NCBI GenBank assembly: GCA_047967505.1
Contig: CM106538.1
Length of the DNA stretch: 64,000 bases
Origin: Dipteris shenzhenensis
Lineage: Eukaryota
Reading direction: 5' to 3' (one strand)
Shown here: in pieces, positions 12,113 through 25,808 of the stretch
Position numbering within the stretch: the stretch's first letter is position 1
Layout: each line of letters begins with the position of its first letter
The notes under the pieces: generated by a model
What the model was told of the DNA's origin: nothing
Database searches by the model: none
Seen by the model: only the letters and a program-made list of their open reading frames with translations
Program-made: the position numbers and the translations under genes

Positions 12113-13278
12113 ATGAGTGCTTTAACAATTTCAATCGAGGGAGAGTTGGATGAATAAAAAAGATAGAGCATGCCTTGCCTTTACAGCCACCCTCACCCAC
12201 TATAAAAGCTATTGGACAACACAATCACAAAGCAAAATGACATTCACTCAAAATCTTCATCCCTACACACAACTACACTCAACACATCCTTTGGCCACAT
12301 ATCATCAGGAAGCCATACAACCTCTGCCCACTCCTCATCACTCACATGTATCACTAAAGTCCAACATAGAATCCCTCAAATGAAAGACCACATATCCGCG
12401 GCCCAAACTCCAGTGATATAATCATTTTCCTCTTTGACTACAACAGTAAAAAAATATTTAAGGCCAAGACCCAATGGGAGTAATCGACGGGGTGATGGTC
12501 TTTCTATCATTGTATCATGCATAAAATATTATCTTAGGAGAGACGAATGAAGGCAACCATGCATTGTCGGCGCACTTGGTTAGCCTAGCATCTCCTCCAT
12601 AGGTATCCCATACTTTCGTTCCATACTCTCAAAGCATGCAATGAATTCACAAGTAGGACAAGAAGTTATGCCAAAACTCAAGATGAATCGATAAAAGAAA
12701 CTGCAGCGTCAGCAACAACGAGACCCTCACCAAACATCACACCCATCTCCTAAATGCACAAATATCACCCTTGCATACAAATTGATCTACAATCTCAATG
12801 ATATGGATGCAATCGCATCCAACATGTATGCAAGATAGTAAGAAATGCTAGCCTTAGCAAAATGAGACCCTCGCCAAACCTCTTCCCAAGAAGATTCGAT
12901 GACGGAGTCTGCAGCCTCAACAACAAGATCCCCTCCAAAATTCACAGCCGTCTACCTCTCCTCAAGAGGAGATAAGCTTCCTAACTACAGACCACAAATT
13001 GTATTGTGTAAAAGCATTATAGTAGGAGTGACGACATGACACAAGCTCAACAGCCCCACTGGGTTATGCACATGGCATCTCAACTCCGAAATCAAAATAA
13101 GCCATAACCTGAGGATAGGTAATAAAATGGATCCGAAAGTATGTTGTCTCTATGCCAACATGGACTTAGGTAGCACAGAATGTGTGTGTAGAGTAGCGGC
13201 AAAGCTCCGCTTGTACTTGTATAAGGCTATGAATAATCCCTCTTAGGAATCCAACTTGCATGTTCTACATGCAAGTTC

Positions 13279-13448
13279 TGAGAGTGCTCTCAACGGAAGC
13301 AAGAACGGAAAAAGGAGAGAGAGAGACAGAGAGCCACACAAGTTTGGTGGGTGCAGAACCACCCTAATCTTCTTTTTCATTCATTTATATATGTGTTTGA
13401 GTATTGTACATAACTGGGGTTAAGGCACAGTGACCTTTAACCCCCACA
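13279..13448 (-). repeat. 3' LTR of copia A
   Basis: TG..CA ends; adjacent to the PPT. Confidence 0.95.
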
Positions 13449-13505
13449 ACCTCCCACTTAAAGGACAATGTGCCTTTAAGGGAGAACAACCAACCAGTGA
13501 GCATA

Positions 13506-16500
13506 CTATCCAATGCCCATCAATACACGACAATACTCAAACCGCTGAATAGGTAGACTCTTCGTCAGCATATCTGCAGGGTTATCATCTGTATGAACCT
13601 TGACAAGCTCTATGCGCTTGTCCTCAAGTACCTCCCTGATGAAATGGTACCTGACCTCGATGTGTTTGGTCTTTGCATGAAAGACCGGATTCCGTGCTAG
13701 CTGAATAGCACTCATGGAATCACTATGCAATGTCGGTACACCTGTATGAATCCCCAAATCTCCCACTAGTCGATCAAGCCATATAGCCTCCTTGCAACCC
13801 TCTGTGGCTGCAACATACTCAGCCTCTGTGGTAGACAAAGCAACGCACTTCTGTGCGCGAGACATCCACGACACTACACCACCTGCAAAGGTGAACACAT
13901 AACCAGAAGTGGATCTCCTACTATCCACATGCCCTGCATAGTCTGAATCTGTGTACCCAAGTACACGCATGTCTCCTTTACCAAAGCAAATGCACATCTC
14001 CTTGGTACCCTTCATGTACCTCATGATGCACTTAACTGCCTCCCAATGCCTCTTTCCTGGATTAGCCATATACCGGCTAACAACTCCCACTGCAAATGCA
14101 ATGTCTGGTCTAGTAGCTATCATAGCATACATAAGACTCCCAACTGCTAATGCATAAGGAACCTTGGCCATCATGGCCCTCTCCTCATCTGATTTGGGAC
14201 TATCTGTATGACTCAGTTTCACATATGGAGGCAATGGAGTACTCACTGCCTTCCCCCCCTCCATATTGAAACGCTGCAATACTTTTGTAACATACTCTTT
14301 TTGTGAAAGCCAAAGGAGTTTCCTACTCCGATCATGCGTGATGCGCATACCAAGAATATGACCTGCAAGTCCCAAATCCTTCATATCAAAGGCCTCATGC
14401 AACTTGGCCTTTAATACATCTAGCTCATAAGTATTCTTGCTAGCCAATAGCATATCATCCACATATAGTGCCAAGATTATCAGGCTATTATCCTTAGCCC
14501 TTTTAGTGTAGAGGCAGTGATCAATTTCACTCCTTCTAAAACCCTGGGACTGAATGAAAGCATCAAACTTCTGATACCATTCTCTAGGTGCTTGCTTAAG
14601 ACCATAGAGACTCTTTTTCAGCTTGCAAACTAAATGCTCTTTGCCCTTTTCTTCAAAGCCTTCCGGCTGCACCATGTAAATGTCCTCATGCAAATCCCCA
14701 TGCAAGAAAGCTGTCTTGACATCCATTTGCATAAGCTCCATATCCTCTACTGCCACTAGTCCAAGCATGCATCTAAGTGTGGTCATCTTCACAACCGGAG
14801 AGAATATCTCATCAAAGTCCACACCCTTCTCTTGCTTGAACCCTTTAGCAACCAAGTGAGCCTTGTACCTAGGCACATCATCACCTGTGACCTTCATTTT
14901 GTAGACCCATTTACATGGCAATGCTTTCTTTCCATGTGGCAAAGAAACCAAGTCCCAAGTCTTATTCTTCATAAGTGAACTCATCTCTGATTGCATTCTC
15001 TGATTGCATAGCATACTCCCACTTGCGTTGATCCTCACGCATCATAGCCTCTTTGTAGCAAGAAGGCTCCCCGCAATCAGTAAGCATCACATAGTCTACC
15101 CCTGGAACAAACCTATTAGGCAGTCTAGACACTCTAGATGATCTTCTCAAGGGCATTTCAGTTTGCTGTCCCATTTGCATATCAGCCACATTTGGCTCAT
15201 CATTTCCACCAATAGATGATCCATCATCTACCCTTGATTGTATACTTGTGGGAGTACTTGGTGGCACCATTTCTTGCACATTTGGTGCATGGACAGCTTG
15301 CTGTCTATCAACATGTGCAGGTGGATTCACATCCTGGAAAGTGATTCTCCTCATTTCCACATCCCTCATGGGTGCCTTATGCATCTTCTTCTCATTGAAG
15401 ACCACATCATGGCTGCGTATGATCTTCTTTGCTTCTGGATCCCAGAGACGATAGCCCATCTCTCCACTTTCACCATAACCCAGAAAGATGCATTTCCTAG
15501 ACTTAGGATCTAGCTTCTTTCGAAGCTCTTTTGGCACATGTGCATATGCCTCACACCCAAATATACGCAAATGAGAGTAAGAGGGCTTCTTGCCACTCCA
15601 TGCCTCTTCAGGAATACCACCATCCAAACTCTTACTAGGTGATCTATTGATCACATGCACTGCAGTCTTCATTGCCTCAGCCCAAAAACCACCAGAAAGA
15701 CTTGCATTGGAAAGCATGCATTGCAACCTTTCTTGAATGGTACGGTTCATCTTTTCTGCAACTGGATTTTGCTCTGGAGTACGAGGGGATGTAAGCTCCC
15801 TCTTAATCCCACGAGTATCACAGAAATGCTGAAAGTCATGAGAGAGATACTCTCCACCATTGTCAGTCCGTAGGCATTTAAGCGTTCTACCTAACTGATT
15901 CTCAACCAAGGCCAGCCATTTCTGAAATACCTGGAACACATCACTCTTCCGAGCTATAGCATAAGCCCACACTTTCCTAGTTGCATCATCAATGAATGTC
16001 ACATAGTATTCAGCCCCGCCTAATGACCGTGTAGGCATGGGACCACATACGTCTGAATGCACCAAATCAAGCATTTCAAACTCTTTCTTTCCCCTTCTTT
16101 TATGGGCTGATTTAGTCTGCTTCCCATAGAGACAGTGCTCACAAAATTCAAAATCAGAGAAACTCAAATGCGGTACATAACCCAAACAGCATAAGAGTTT
16201 CATTCCATTCTGGCTCATGTGCCCCAACCTGCAATGCCACAAAGAAGTGCTTGGCTGCTCGGTTATTGCAACAACATGATCATATACCCCTGATACATGT
16301 AAGGGATACAAAGTCCCACACTTGGCACCCCTAGCCAAAAGCATAGAGCCCTTTTGAATTTTCCAACTTTGAAAGCCAAAAGTGGTGTGAAAACCAGCAT
16401 CATCTAGCTGACCCACTGAAATAAGACTCTTGGTCAACTTAGGCACATGTCTCACATGTTTCAAAACAAATGCAGACCCATTTGCAAAAGAAAACTTTAT

Positions 16501-17583
16501 GTCACCTGCTCCCACTATGTCACATGCATAGTCATTTCCAAGATGCACACAACCTGTCTTTCCACTATCATAAGTGGAGAACCATTCCCTATGGCGAGTA
16601 ACATGGAATGAAGCACCAGAATCCAAAATCCAATCCTGGGAATATGCATCATCTGAAGTGGTAAGCAACTCTGCAGATAAACTAGACATGAAGAGAACAT
16701 CATTGTCACTATCACGCGTGACTACATTGATCTCCTCGATCTTCACTTTTCCTTTGTCCTCCCTTGGACTCTCTTCCTTTTGATTTGCACCCCAATTTGC
16801 ATTCTTTTTCTTATTCTTTTGCTCTCTCTTCAGCTTGTAGCAATCCTTTTTCATATGGCCCTTCTTGCCACAGTGGTAACACTCAATGTTCCGTGCCCTG
16901 GATTTGCTATGTGACTTCACTCTTTCTTGGGACTTCCCCCTGAACTGTGATCTGCCCCTTTGCACATTTAAGGCTGCATCCTGCTTGTTGCCATCCATAG
17001 ACTTCCGTCTAATCTCCTCGGCCAACAAGCTACCCACAACATCATCAAATTTCAGTACTCCACCAGGTGCAGAGTTACTGACAGCTGTACGGAAGGTATC
17101 CCATGAGGATGGCAATGAACATAAGAGAAATATTGCCTTAGTCTCCGCATCAAAATTCATTTTCTGAGCCTGAAGCTGGCTGAAAATAATATTGAATTCA
17201 TTCAAATGAGAAGCAATGGAGACCCCTTCCTTCATCTGCAGCTCAAACAACCTCTTCATGAGGTAAACTTTATTAGAGGCAGTTTCCTTCTCATAAGTGG
17301 CACACAGTTTCTTCCACAAATCTTCCGTAGTCTGCTCATTTACTACTGTGAAATAAACTGACTCTGCAAGATGAAGTCTAATAGTAGACTTTGCTAATGC
17401 ATCCAACTCATTCCAATCATCCTCAGACATATTTGCAGGCTTAGCTTCAATCCCTGCCAAGGGTTTAATCTGCTTCTTTTGAATAAGCACATCCCTTATT
17501 TGTTCTTTCCACAAAGAAAAGTTTGTCCCATCAAACTTTCTAATGCTGAAAAACTCCTTTTCAGACGTGGAAGAGGATGCCAT
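13506..17583 (-). pseudogene. Copia gag-pol (Gag, CCHC, PR, IN, RT, RNase H) broken by one frameshift
   Basis: CYHCGKKGHMKKDC, WILDSGASFH, H..LGH...C..C, DVCGP/FIDD/DNGGEY, YVDD, RNase H. A 13-bp tandem duplication at 14984-15009 splits the ORF. Confidence 0.95.
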
Positions 17584-19024
17584 GATGCAAATAAAGCAAA
17601 ATCCCAAATGCTAGTACCTGCAAGAGAGAATCACACCAAATACCAAGTGCACCCAAATGTGTATGCCACAGTAGACTGAAATATCACCAAAGCTCAAAGC
17701 TCAAAGCATCAAAAGATGCATCTGACTCATGTGCATATACTATGCATCCATATGAGCAAATCTGGCCCAAAAAGAAAATGCCAATAAGTGCCAAATGACT
17801 CAAGCATAAACACTGTCCACTGGCATATGCATCAATAATGTCTCATCCAAGAGAGCATAGCACTATCAGTGCATCACCTGCAATGTGTCAAAGCTGTCCC
17901 TCAGCTTAAAATAGCATCCATGTGCAAAGCGTCCATAAAAATAGCATCCCACAAGGCAATTTGGGCCTATCAGCGCATCCAACAAGGACCGCAATGCATC
18001 CAAATGGCCTATAAATCATCCACTGCAACCCAATGCATACCACAAATGAGCGCACACTGCTCAAACTGCAACCAGAGTGATCTGCATAAGGTATCCTCAA
18101 GAAATCATAGTCCCACGGTAATGAGCGCTACTGAAAAATAGAACCTGAGATGCTTCAAAACATGGGCGCCATTGCATAATCGGACTCAACAAGAAAATCT
18201 GCAAATATCTCTCTTCTGCCAGAACTCCAAAATCCCAACCGATGAGTGAGAAATGGGAGTCAACACTTATCCACTGCCATGTGGCATAAATCTAAGGTTT
18301 CAAAACCTTAGTATGAAAAATGCATAACAGAGAGACGAAATCGAATACACAGAGATTTATAACTCTGAAAATCCTCCACCGAATCACGCAAGAACTGACA
18401 GGTAGGGGTTTTTGGGCGTCCGGAACGCAATGGGACAGACGGTTTTAGAAACCGTGGTCTGAATCACTGGGTCCAACACACGGACTGAAAAACGTTTTTG
18501 AAAACAGAGCTGTCTGTAAACTCCACCGGAGTGCGAATGATGAGCAACATAGAAGTTTTAGAACCTCCTGAGTCCACCGGAACTGACAGATCTGCAAATG
18601 GTTGCTCCAAACTTGAGTTCCAACACCCGGGCAAAAAACGCAAGAATTGACACAGTGAGTCAGAAATCCACTAAAATGATCTCAGATTCAAGAATGAAGG
18701 TGTTTCCAAGCTCCTGAAGTAATGTGGACACCAAAAGCAAGCAATAGTTGCCTCTACAAGTCAATACGGAGTCTCTGTCATCGAACGGAACAGGGAAAAG
18801 CTCAAAAAACGACTTTTTCTTTGAAAACTCTTAACAGGCTCTCAAAACCACTTCGCAAAGCCAAAGTGACTTTTCCAAAGGTTCCTCCAAGGTCTCTGCA
18901 CACTCGGATGCAAGTAAAGTCACCCACAAAGCTTCCCACAGAGCTTCTCCTTCCTCCCACAGAGCTGCTGAGCTTCCAAGCATTCACGCATGCTCAGCTA
19001 GATCACCCGGGCTCTGATACCAGT

Positions 19025-19194
19025 TGAGAGTGCTCTCAACGGAAGAAAGAACGGAAGAAGGAGAGAGAGAGACAGAGAGCCACACAAGTTTGGTGGGTGC
19101 AGAACCACCCTAATCTTCTTTTTCATTCATTTATATATGTGTTTGAGTATTGTACATAACTGGGGTTAAGGCACAGTGACCTTTAACCCCCACA
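19025..19194 (-). repeat. 5' LTR of copia A
   Basis: TG..CA ends; adjacent to the PBS. Confidence 0.95.
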
Positions 19195-19341
19195 AGTTCT
19201 ACATACAACTCCTACATGCAACATGCAAGTTCTACATATGATTCCTACATGCAACATGCAACTCCTACATGCATGTTCTACATGCAATACATGCGACATG
19301 CAACTCCTACATGCAACTTCTATATGCAAGTTCTACATGTC
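19195..19341. repeat. CTACATGCAA-type minisatellite (continues at 13255-13278 on the other side of copia A)
   Basis: Repeated ctacatgcaa(gtt/ctc) units on both flanks of copia A. Confidence 0.8.
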
Positions 19342-19529
19342 GAGAGAGAATGTCTTACAATTCCTACATGTAGAGAGAGAATCTCTCCAACTTGTATGAA
19401 TACCCCATAATAGAATGAAGCCCAGACTCTTTGGGGCATTGTGTTGAGTTCTACTTTGGTATTCCAAGCAATTGTTCCCAAGTGTTCATGCTCCCTTGCA
19501 CTCCAAGTCCAAAAGCATGTCCTAACCTT

Positions 19530-19800
19530 GCAACTCCTCCTCCCCTCTCCTCTAACCTTGCAACCCCTACTCCCTCCTCCTCCTCCTCCTCCTCCTCCCT
19601 CCTCCTCCTCCTCCATTCTCCTCCCTTCTCCTCGTCCCTTCTCCTCCCTCTCCCCCTCCCTTCTCCTTCCTCCTCCTCCTCCTCCTCCCTTCTCCTCCCT
19701 CCCTCCTCCCTCCTCCCTTATCCCCCTCCATTCTCCACCTTCCCTTCTTCTCCCTCCTCCTCCTTCCTTCTGCTCTTACACCTTCTTCCTCTCCCACTCA
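19530..19800 (+). repeat. (CCT)n-rich polypyrimidine low-complexity tract
   Basis: About 270 bp made up almost entirely of C and T. Confidence 0.9.
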
Positions 19801-20189
19801 AACCTTAGTCCCTCAACCCTTGACCTCCATGATCTGCGAGGGAGACAAGTTCTCCGCCATGTACTCTACCCTGAACCTTGGATCCTCCTTATGAACCCTT
19901 AAACTCTTCTAAACCTTGGAGCCTCCTTCTAAACCCTGAACCTCCCTCTAACCCTTAAACTCCTCCTAAACCCTTCAACCCCCAATGAAGGCAAAAGACT
20001 TCATTACCCCAACCATGGTGATGCACGTTCCTTTCACACATGCATGCCCTATGTTTGCTTACCACACTTAAGCCGACGTCTCTCATCGGAATATGACCCA
20101 AGGTCCTAAGCTACACTTATACTACAAATGACAACACCCAAATATCTATAGGTGACAAAGAGCCTTAAAACCCTACATACTAAGAATAC

Positions 20190-23100
20190 CCTACTCTTCT
20201 TGCAGAATCCATGGGAAAGAGCCAATAGCCCCCACAGCATCTGGTCCAAAAGAAGGGCTTATATAAAAGGTATGAGAGAAATCTAGAGCTTTCACACATG
20301 CAATCGCTCCCAACACTTCCTTCACTCTATTGAACACTACTTCACAATCCTCACCCCATTGCAGTGGCCCTTCTTTCATAGCTTTTTTTGCAAAGGGTAC
20401 AACAACTGAGATATTAAATGTATGAACCTTGTCATATACTTGACTTTTTGCACAAAAGTCTGCAAACTGTTTAGATGTAGAGGGAGCTGGTAGTAAGATA
20501 AATGCTTTCACCTTCTCCGGATCAGGTTCAATGCCATTTTGAGACACTATATGTCCCAATAACTTCACTCTGGAGCTTCCCAAATGACACTTCCATGGAT
20601 TGAATTGTCCTCCTGCATCATCCATTATGTGGAACACTTGATCCAGTCTCCATGCATGCTCTCTCTTGGAATTATATACACATATATCATTGAGAAATGC
20701 TCTCACAAATTTATCAATAAAAGGGGCCAACACTTCATCAGTGTTCTGCTGATATCATGCTGGTGCATTCTTCAATCCAAATGGTACAACTCTGTAACAA
20801 AAGCAACCCCAGGGTGTGATGAATGTAGCCTTGATTTGATCTTCATGTGCAATTGAGATCTAGAAATATCCAGAATATCCATGACAGACATTGTACTTTT
20901 CATACGCTACCACTCTATCCAATATATCATCAATAAAATGAAGAGGATAATGATTGCTTTTAATTACCGCATTAAGAGGTTTGTAATCAATGCATACTCT
21001 CCATCCTCCTTTGTGCTTGAGAATGATTACCACTAGACTGCCCCAATCTGAATGCTCCACCGGATATATCAGCCCGGCTTTGAGCAATTTATTTAACTCC
21101 TCCTTTAGCACTGCCAAGAGTTCTCTGCGTATCCTTCTCAACTTCTAATAAATAGGTCTGCTGCCCTCTTTTAACTCAATGTACATCAGTTCACATATGA
21201 AACCCTTGATCTCTTCATGTGAGGTAATGAAAAACTTTGGATACCGATGAATAACTTTCATATACTCCTCCCTCCAAACTGGAATTTAGCATGGACAGTA
21301 ATATCTTTTCTCTCTGGGGGTTGCATCAAATTATCCATGTCTTCAAGCTTACTCTCCTCTTTAGCTTCTTATATCTCTGCTGCCTGCAACAAATATGTAT
21401 CAGACTCTTTCAACAAAAATGATCCTTGCCCTTCCTCCTTAGATGTAGTACTCTCTTCTTCTGTCTCACTGTCTAACTCCTCTTCCATGCTTGTTTCTTT
21501 TGGCTCTTCCTCTTTTTCCCATTTGCTGCTACTCATGTCAAACTTTTTGGCCTTTCCCTTCTTATTATGCACTGTAATTGTACCCATCTTCCAATTTTGT
21601 ATTGCTCCCACCTATCTGAGCGAAGGTCTACCCAAAATTAGTGGGTATGCTTCCAAACCAGCAGACATAATGTGGCAATTAATGCAACATGATACTCCAA
21701 AAGCATCCAACTCCCGTGCATATACCCAGATACTTCACCTTCACATGGTTTGCCAATCGGAGGCTATAATCTGAATGTGCATTCAATTTTAGTCCCAACC
21801 TCTCCATTCATGCCTGAGTCATGACACTTATCTGTGCACTGCCATCAACATATGCCTCTCCAACACTCATACCTCCACACCATGCATCCACTGGTGGGCA
21901 TATATCTGGAAGATCTACCACAGACATCATCTCCATCTCTCCTCTCATAGGCTCCTACTCATTTCCTTTCCTGGGATTAGCCGATTTCTTCCATTCTCTC
22001 TTGAGCTTTGGGCATAAACCAAGTAGGTGTGCAAAAGTTATATTGGCTGTCGTTCCTTTCAAATCATTCATCAATGTGTATTCCTCTTGACCTTGACCAA
22101 TATGCAAATTTGAAGTTTTATAATGTTTCCTGGGCTTCCGACTCTTCTTTTTAGGTTGAGATGAGATCAAACTCCACATGCTTCCATTTCTTTGTAGAGG
22201 GTCCATTTTATCCTATTGCACTCTTTGTTCTCTTTGCCACCAGCATGATCTCTAGAATAGTCTCCACACTAATAAGGCTGATTGCCTTTCCTTTTCCCTT
22301 ATCTTCCCATTTGACTCCACTGGTAGAGGGCTGATTTAGATCTTTCACTTCCACATTAAAGTCTCATAACCTATTGTTTGTCTTTTGCATTATAGGATAG
22401 ACTTCTCCACAGTGGCGGCTGATATATCCCCACTCTCCACAGTTCCAACACTTCACATTACTCATATAACCCCGTCCTACTCCAGTTGAGCTTCCTTCAC
22501 CTCCTGCCAATGCATCCCTCCTATTATTCTATGCACCTCAACCTCTTCCTCTCCCACTTGTCTCCATCCAATTCAAGCTCAATGACTTCATCAATTCTAC
22601 TGCCTCATGCAAATCTTTCTTGAGAGAATCCTCCTGCACATGAGCAGATACAATCTCCCTCTTTGCATATTCCTTCACCACTTTAGGACTACTAACCAAT
22701 ATTTTCGACTCTCCCTGCATGCCTAATTTTTGTAGTCTCTTAACCTTTCTCTGGCGACTCTGACTGCATCTTCAAAGCTATCCAAATTCTTCAGCTCTAC
22801 CTTTAATCTAAATGTATGCTTTAGACCTGCTATGAAATGATCTCTCTTGATCATTTGTGGAGGCACCTTTGGAGTAAGGGCTTCACAACATAAACACCAT
22901 AATCTACCAAATTGTATCAAGTATTGATTTACTTTCTACTCCTCTTCATGCCTTATCTTGCATAACTCCTTCCACACCTCATTTGGGCTCTTTTCTTGAG
23001 CAAACCTTGCAAGAAAGGCAATTCTCACCACACCATACTCAGGATACTGCTGCTGCAAGTGAGCAATTCTAAAAGTAGCAATCTGTGTTTGTAGCCAAGC

Positions 23101-23280
23101 TTTTGCATCTCCCTGCAAGCAATAATTCAAAATTTGAAACAAGATCTCTGGAGTTTCTCTATCCTTCATAAGGGCTGTAAACTCCATTTTCTCCAAAAAT
23201 CTTGTTGCATATTCATAAGGCATCCCCCAAAATTCAGGAAAATCCTATGTGATCTTTCTCAGCTCTACAAACACTGCAGA
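20190..23280 (-). pseudogene. Gypsy gag-pol remnant
   Basis: Gag LQGDAKAW..FLARF, knuckle CWNCGEWGYISRHC, protease AYVDGSAQISV, RT WRVCIDYKPLN..GYSGY, FLND and LLGHIVSQNGIEPDPEKV; frameshifted. Confidence 0.85.
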
Positions 23281-24789
23281 CTATCAGCACCAGCTTCACT
23301 CAATGTTGTAAACTGAAGTGCACAACTCCTCCGTGGAGGCACCAAAACATGGGTGAACAAAAAAGATAGAGCCTACCTTGCCTTTACAGCCACCCTCACC
23401 CCCTATAAAAGCTACTAGACAACACAATCAAAAAGCAAAATGACATTCACTAAAAATCTTCATCCCTACACACATCTACACTCAACACATCCTCTGGCAA
23501 CATATCATCAAGAAGCCATACAACCTCTGCCCACTCCTCATTACTCACATGTATCACTAAAGTCCAATAATTACCATGCACCACTAAGAGCAAAATCTCA
23601 ACATAGAATCCCTCAAGTGAAAGACCACATATCCCTGGCCCAAACTCAAGCGATGTAATCATTTTCCTCTTTGATTGCAATAGTAAAAAAATATTTAAGC
23701 CAGTAAGATCAGTGTAGTGTGGGTAGCTTATAGAGATAGAGCTATATCCCAGCAACCAGAGCATGTATCCACAACACCAGGACTCTAAACAAACTCTTGC
23801 AATGAGACTAAGAAAAGACTCTGACACACACAAACCACATTTCAAATATGCACAACATGAAGACTTTTATATAAACATGATTGCCATTGTCCTCCCATCA
23901 TGTATCCCATGACAAGACCACACTTGAACAGTCCCGATTTGATCCTCAAGTTGCCAATTGCCTTATGTATCCAAAACTATCACCCTGCAAGTGAACCCAC
24001 TTCAATAGCTTTATAAGCACTTAATGATTTGCTTTTTTGGACTGCCTGGATAGCCATCTCCTGCCTATAGTCTCTGTTGCCACTAGCAAGGCCTCCTCCA
24101 TGAATAACTATGTATGCAATTAGCCAAGCATACACTAAGACTTCCAAAACATTACATGGAATTATTCATAGCCATAGTCTTCCTATTGAAAACCTGCTAT
24201 CTTGTCTTCTCTTTTGCTCAAAACTCTGAGGCAAGCACTCTACATCCACAGCCAAGGCATCTCTCCTTGCATCCCATGCTATTGATGACCAACTAGCTTA
24301 TGAACATGCTGCAACACCTGTTTTGCAAGAGATGTTTAATATTCCTTCCTCCGATCACTACCCTTCATGTAGCCCCATAGTCTGTGCTAATACATGCTAC
24401 TCAGCTACATGAGCACCAGCCTCAGATTCTCGAGCTTCTTTTCTCTCACGAGGTGCCCAGTGCCCGTCTACTCCAAGCCTACGTATTAGAGATGCCACAC
24501 CCAAAACAAGAAGCTCTCTCCAAGCTATAGCCCCATCACCTATCACATAATCACAGCTAGCACCATGGCTCCTCACGAGGCACCTAGCCCATATAGTAGC
24601 GACACTACGCCATCCTCCCCTAGTAAGAGCCACATCCATACCTCTCTGTTGCTCGCAAAGCTTACGTGTCGCCCTAAACCTTGCAACCTCCTTCAAAGAT
24701 GCCTCAAGCAATTGCCACAGCCTCTTCTATTTCTCACGATGCATGCTCTCTGTCACTTAAGGTACTCTACCCAAGCCTCCATAATAGCG

Positions 24790-25808
24790 GGGACGAGCAT
24801 TTTCTGAGCGAAATCTTCCGAGCGTTCGAGCGAAGGAAAAAAAAAGCTTCCACCTATGCATAAATATGGCAAAAATTGATCAGAAGAAAACATAGTTTCA
24901 CTTAGAAATATGCAAAGTATTATAGCAATGCCTATTTTATACAAAAATATTTAGGTGAATCTGTAGGAATGGTGAGAGCATAATGGGATGGCTTTTGAAG
25001 AAACCCACATGTAGAGTAGACTTCTCTATGAAAATTCCCTTATGATCCTTCTTACAACTTTTACTTAATAGGGGGTGACATTGAAAACCCTCTCTCAACC
25101 TATCTTCATGAAAGAGTTTCTTCAAAGAAAACTCATTGAAGCAAGCCATCCAGGTAGTTTCGCCAGCGAAACCCTTTTGAAGCAAGTCTCCCAAGGTAGT
25201 TTCGCTGGCGAAACTACCTTGGACAGCACTTTTAAAAGTGACATAACTTTCATATCCAATGTCCAAATATAGTCATTCAACCACTCAAATTGATCGGAAC
25301 ACCCCATTTGAGCACATCTGTGGAGTTATATTTTGGAAAATCTTTCATATATAGTATTAAATATTACATGTATTTTATGAGAGTGATATATAAGCCCAAG
25401 TTAATACTTATTTATAGTAATTTAAACTTCTTTAGAAACATGTCCATAAATATGCTATAAAAACACTAAAAAGATATTGCCATATGATATAAATGTGTTA
25501 ATAAGTAATTATATATGCATAGTATTATTACATTGAGAGTGATTATGAGGAATGTTTCTTAAAGGAGTCAACACTTTTTTAAGGTAATAACAGGGGTACA
25601 AAGGGATGTCTCTAAATAAGAAAATTATGTTGTGTAAAAATGAATGAGTGACTAGTCTATATATTTTTATGATAAAGGGATCTAGTTCTAGTGAAAATAA
25701 AAGTGTAAAAACCATGTTTCCTAAAGAAAAACATTTTTAAAAATCTCTTGAAAAACACGCTCGGATAAACCTGCTCATAGGTTTTTGCTCGTAAAATTGA
25801 CGCATCCC
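24790..25808. mobile_element. Non-autonomous Mutator-like (MULE) element
   Basis: 9-bp TSD ATAATAGCG (24781-24789, 25809-25817). Ends GGGA...TCCC. Imperfect TIRs (acgagca...tgagc...tccgagcgt). AT-rich non-coding interior. Confidence 0.7.

Larger units (their letters stand above)
13279..19194 (-). mobile_element. Ty1/copia element copy A, structurally complete
   Basis: 170-bp TG..CA LTRs (13279-13448, 19025-19194) with 2 mismatches. TSD AGTTC at 13274-13278 and 19195-19199. PBS TGGTATCAGAGC (tRNA-iMet type) at 19011-19022. PPT AGTGGGAGGT at 13449-13458. Confidence 0.97.
12146..23700 (-). mobile_element. Decayed Ty3/gypsy LTR retrotransposon containing a nested copia
   Basis: Direct repeats 12146-12462 and 23350-23700 (LTR-like). 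PBS-like TGGTGCCTCCACGG at about 23331-23344. gag, PR and RT remnants lie between the repeats; no integrase seen. Confidence 0.65.

Noticed and set aside
14962-15038. Programmed ribosomal frameshift between the two copia A ORFs
   Set aside because: The overlap is explained by the 13-bp duplication that is absent in copy C.
19320-19902. Pro/Ser/Gly/Glu-rich ORFs
   Set aside because: Artefacts of the (CCT)n tract.
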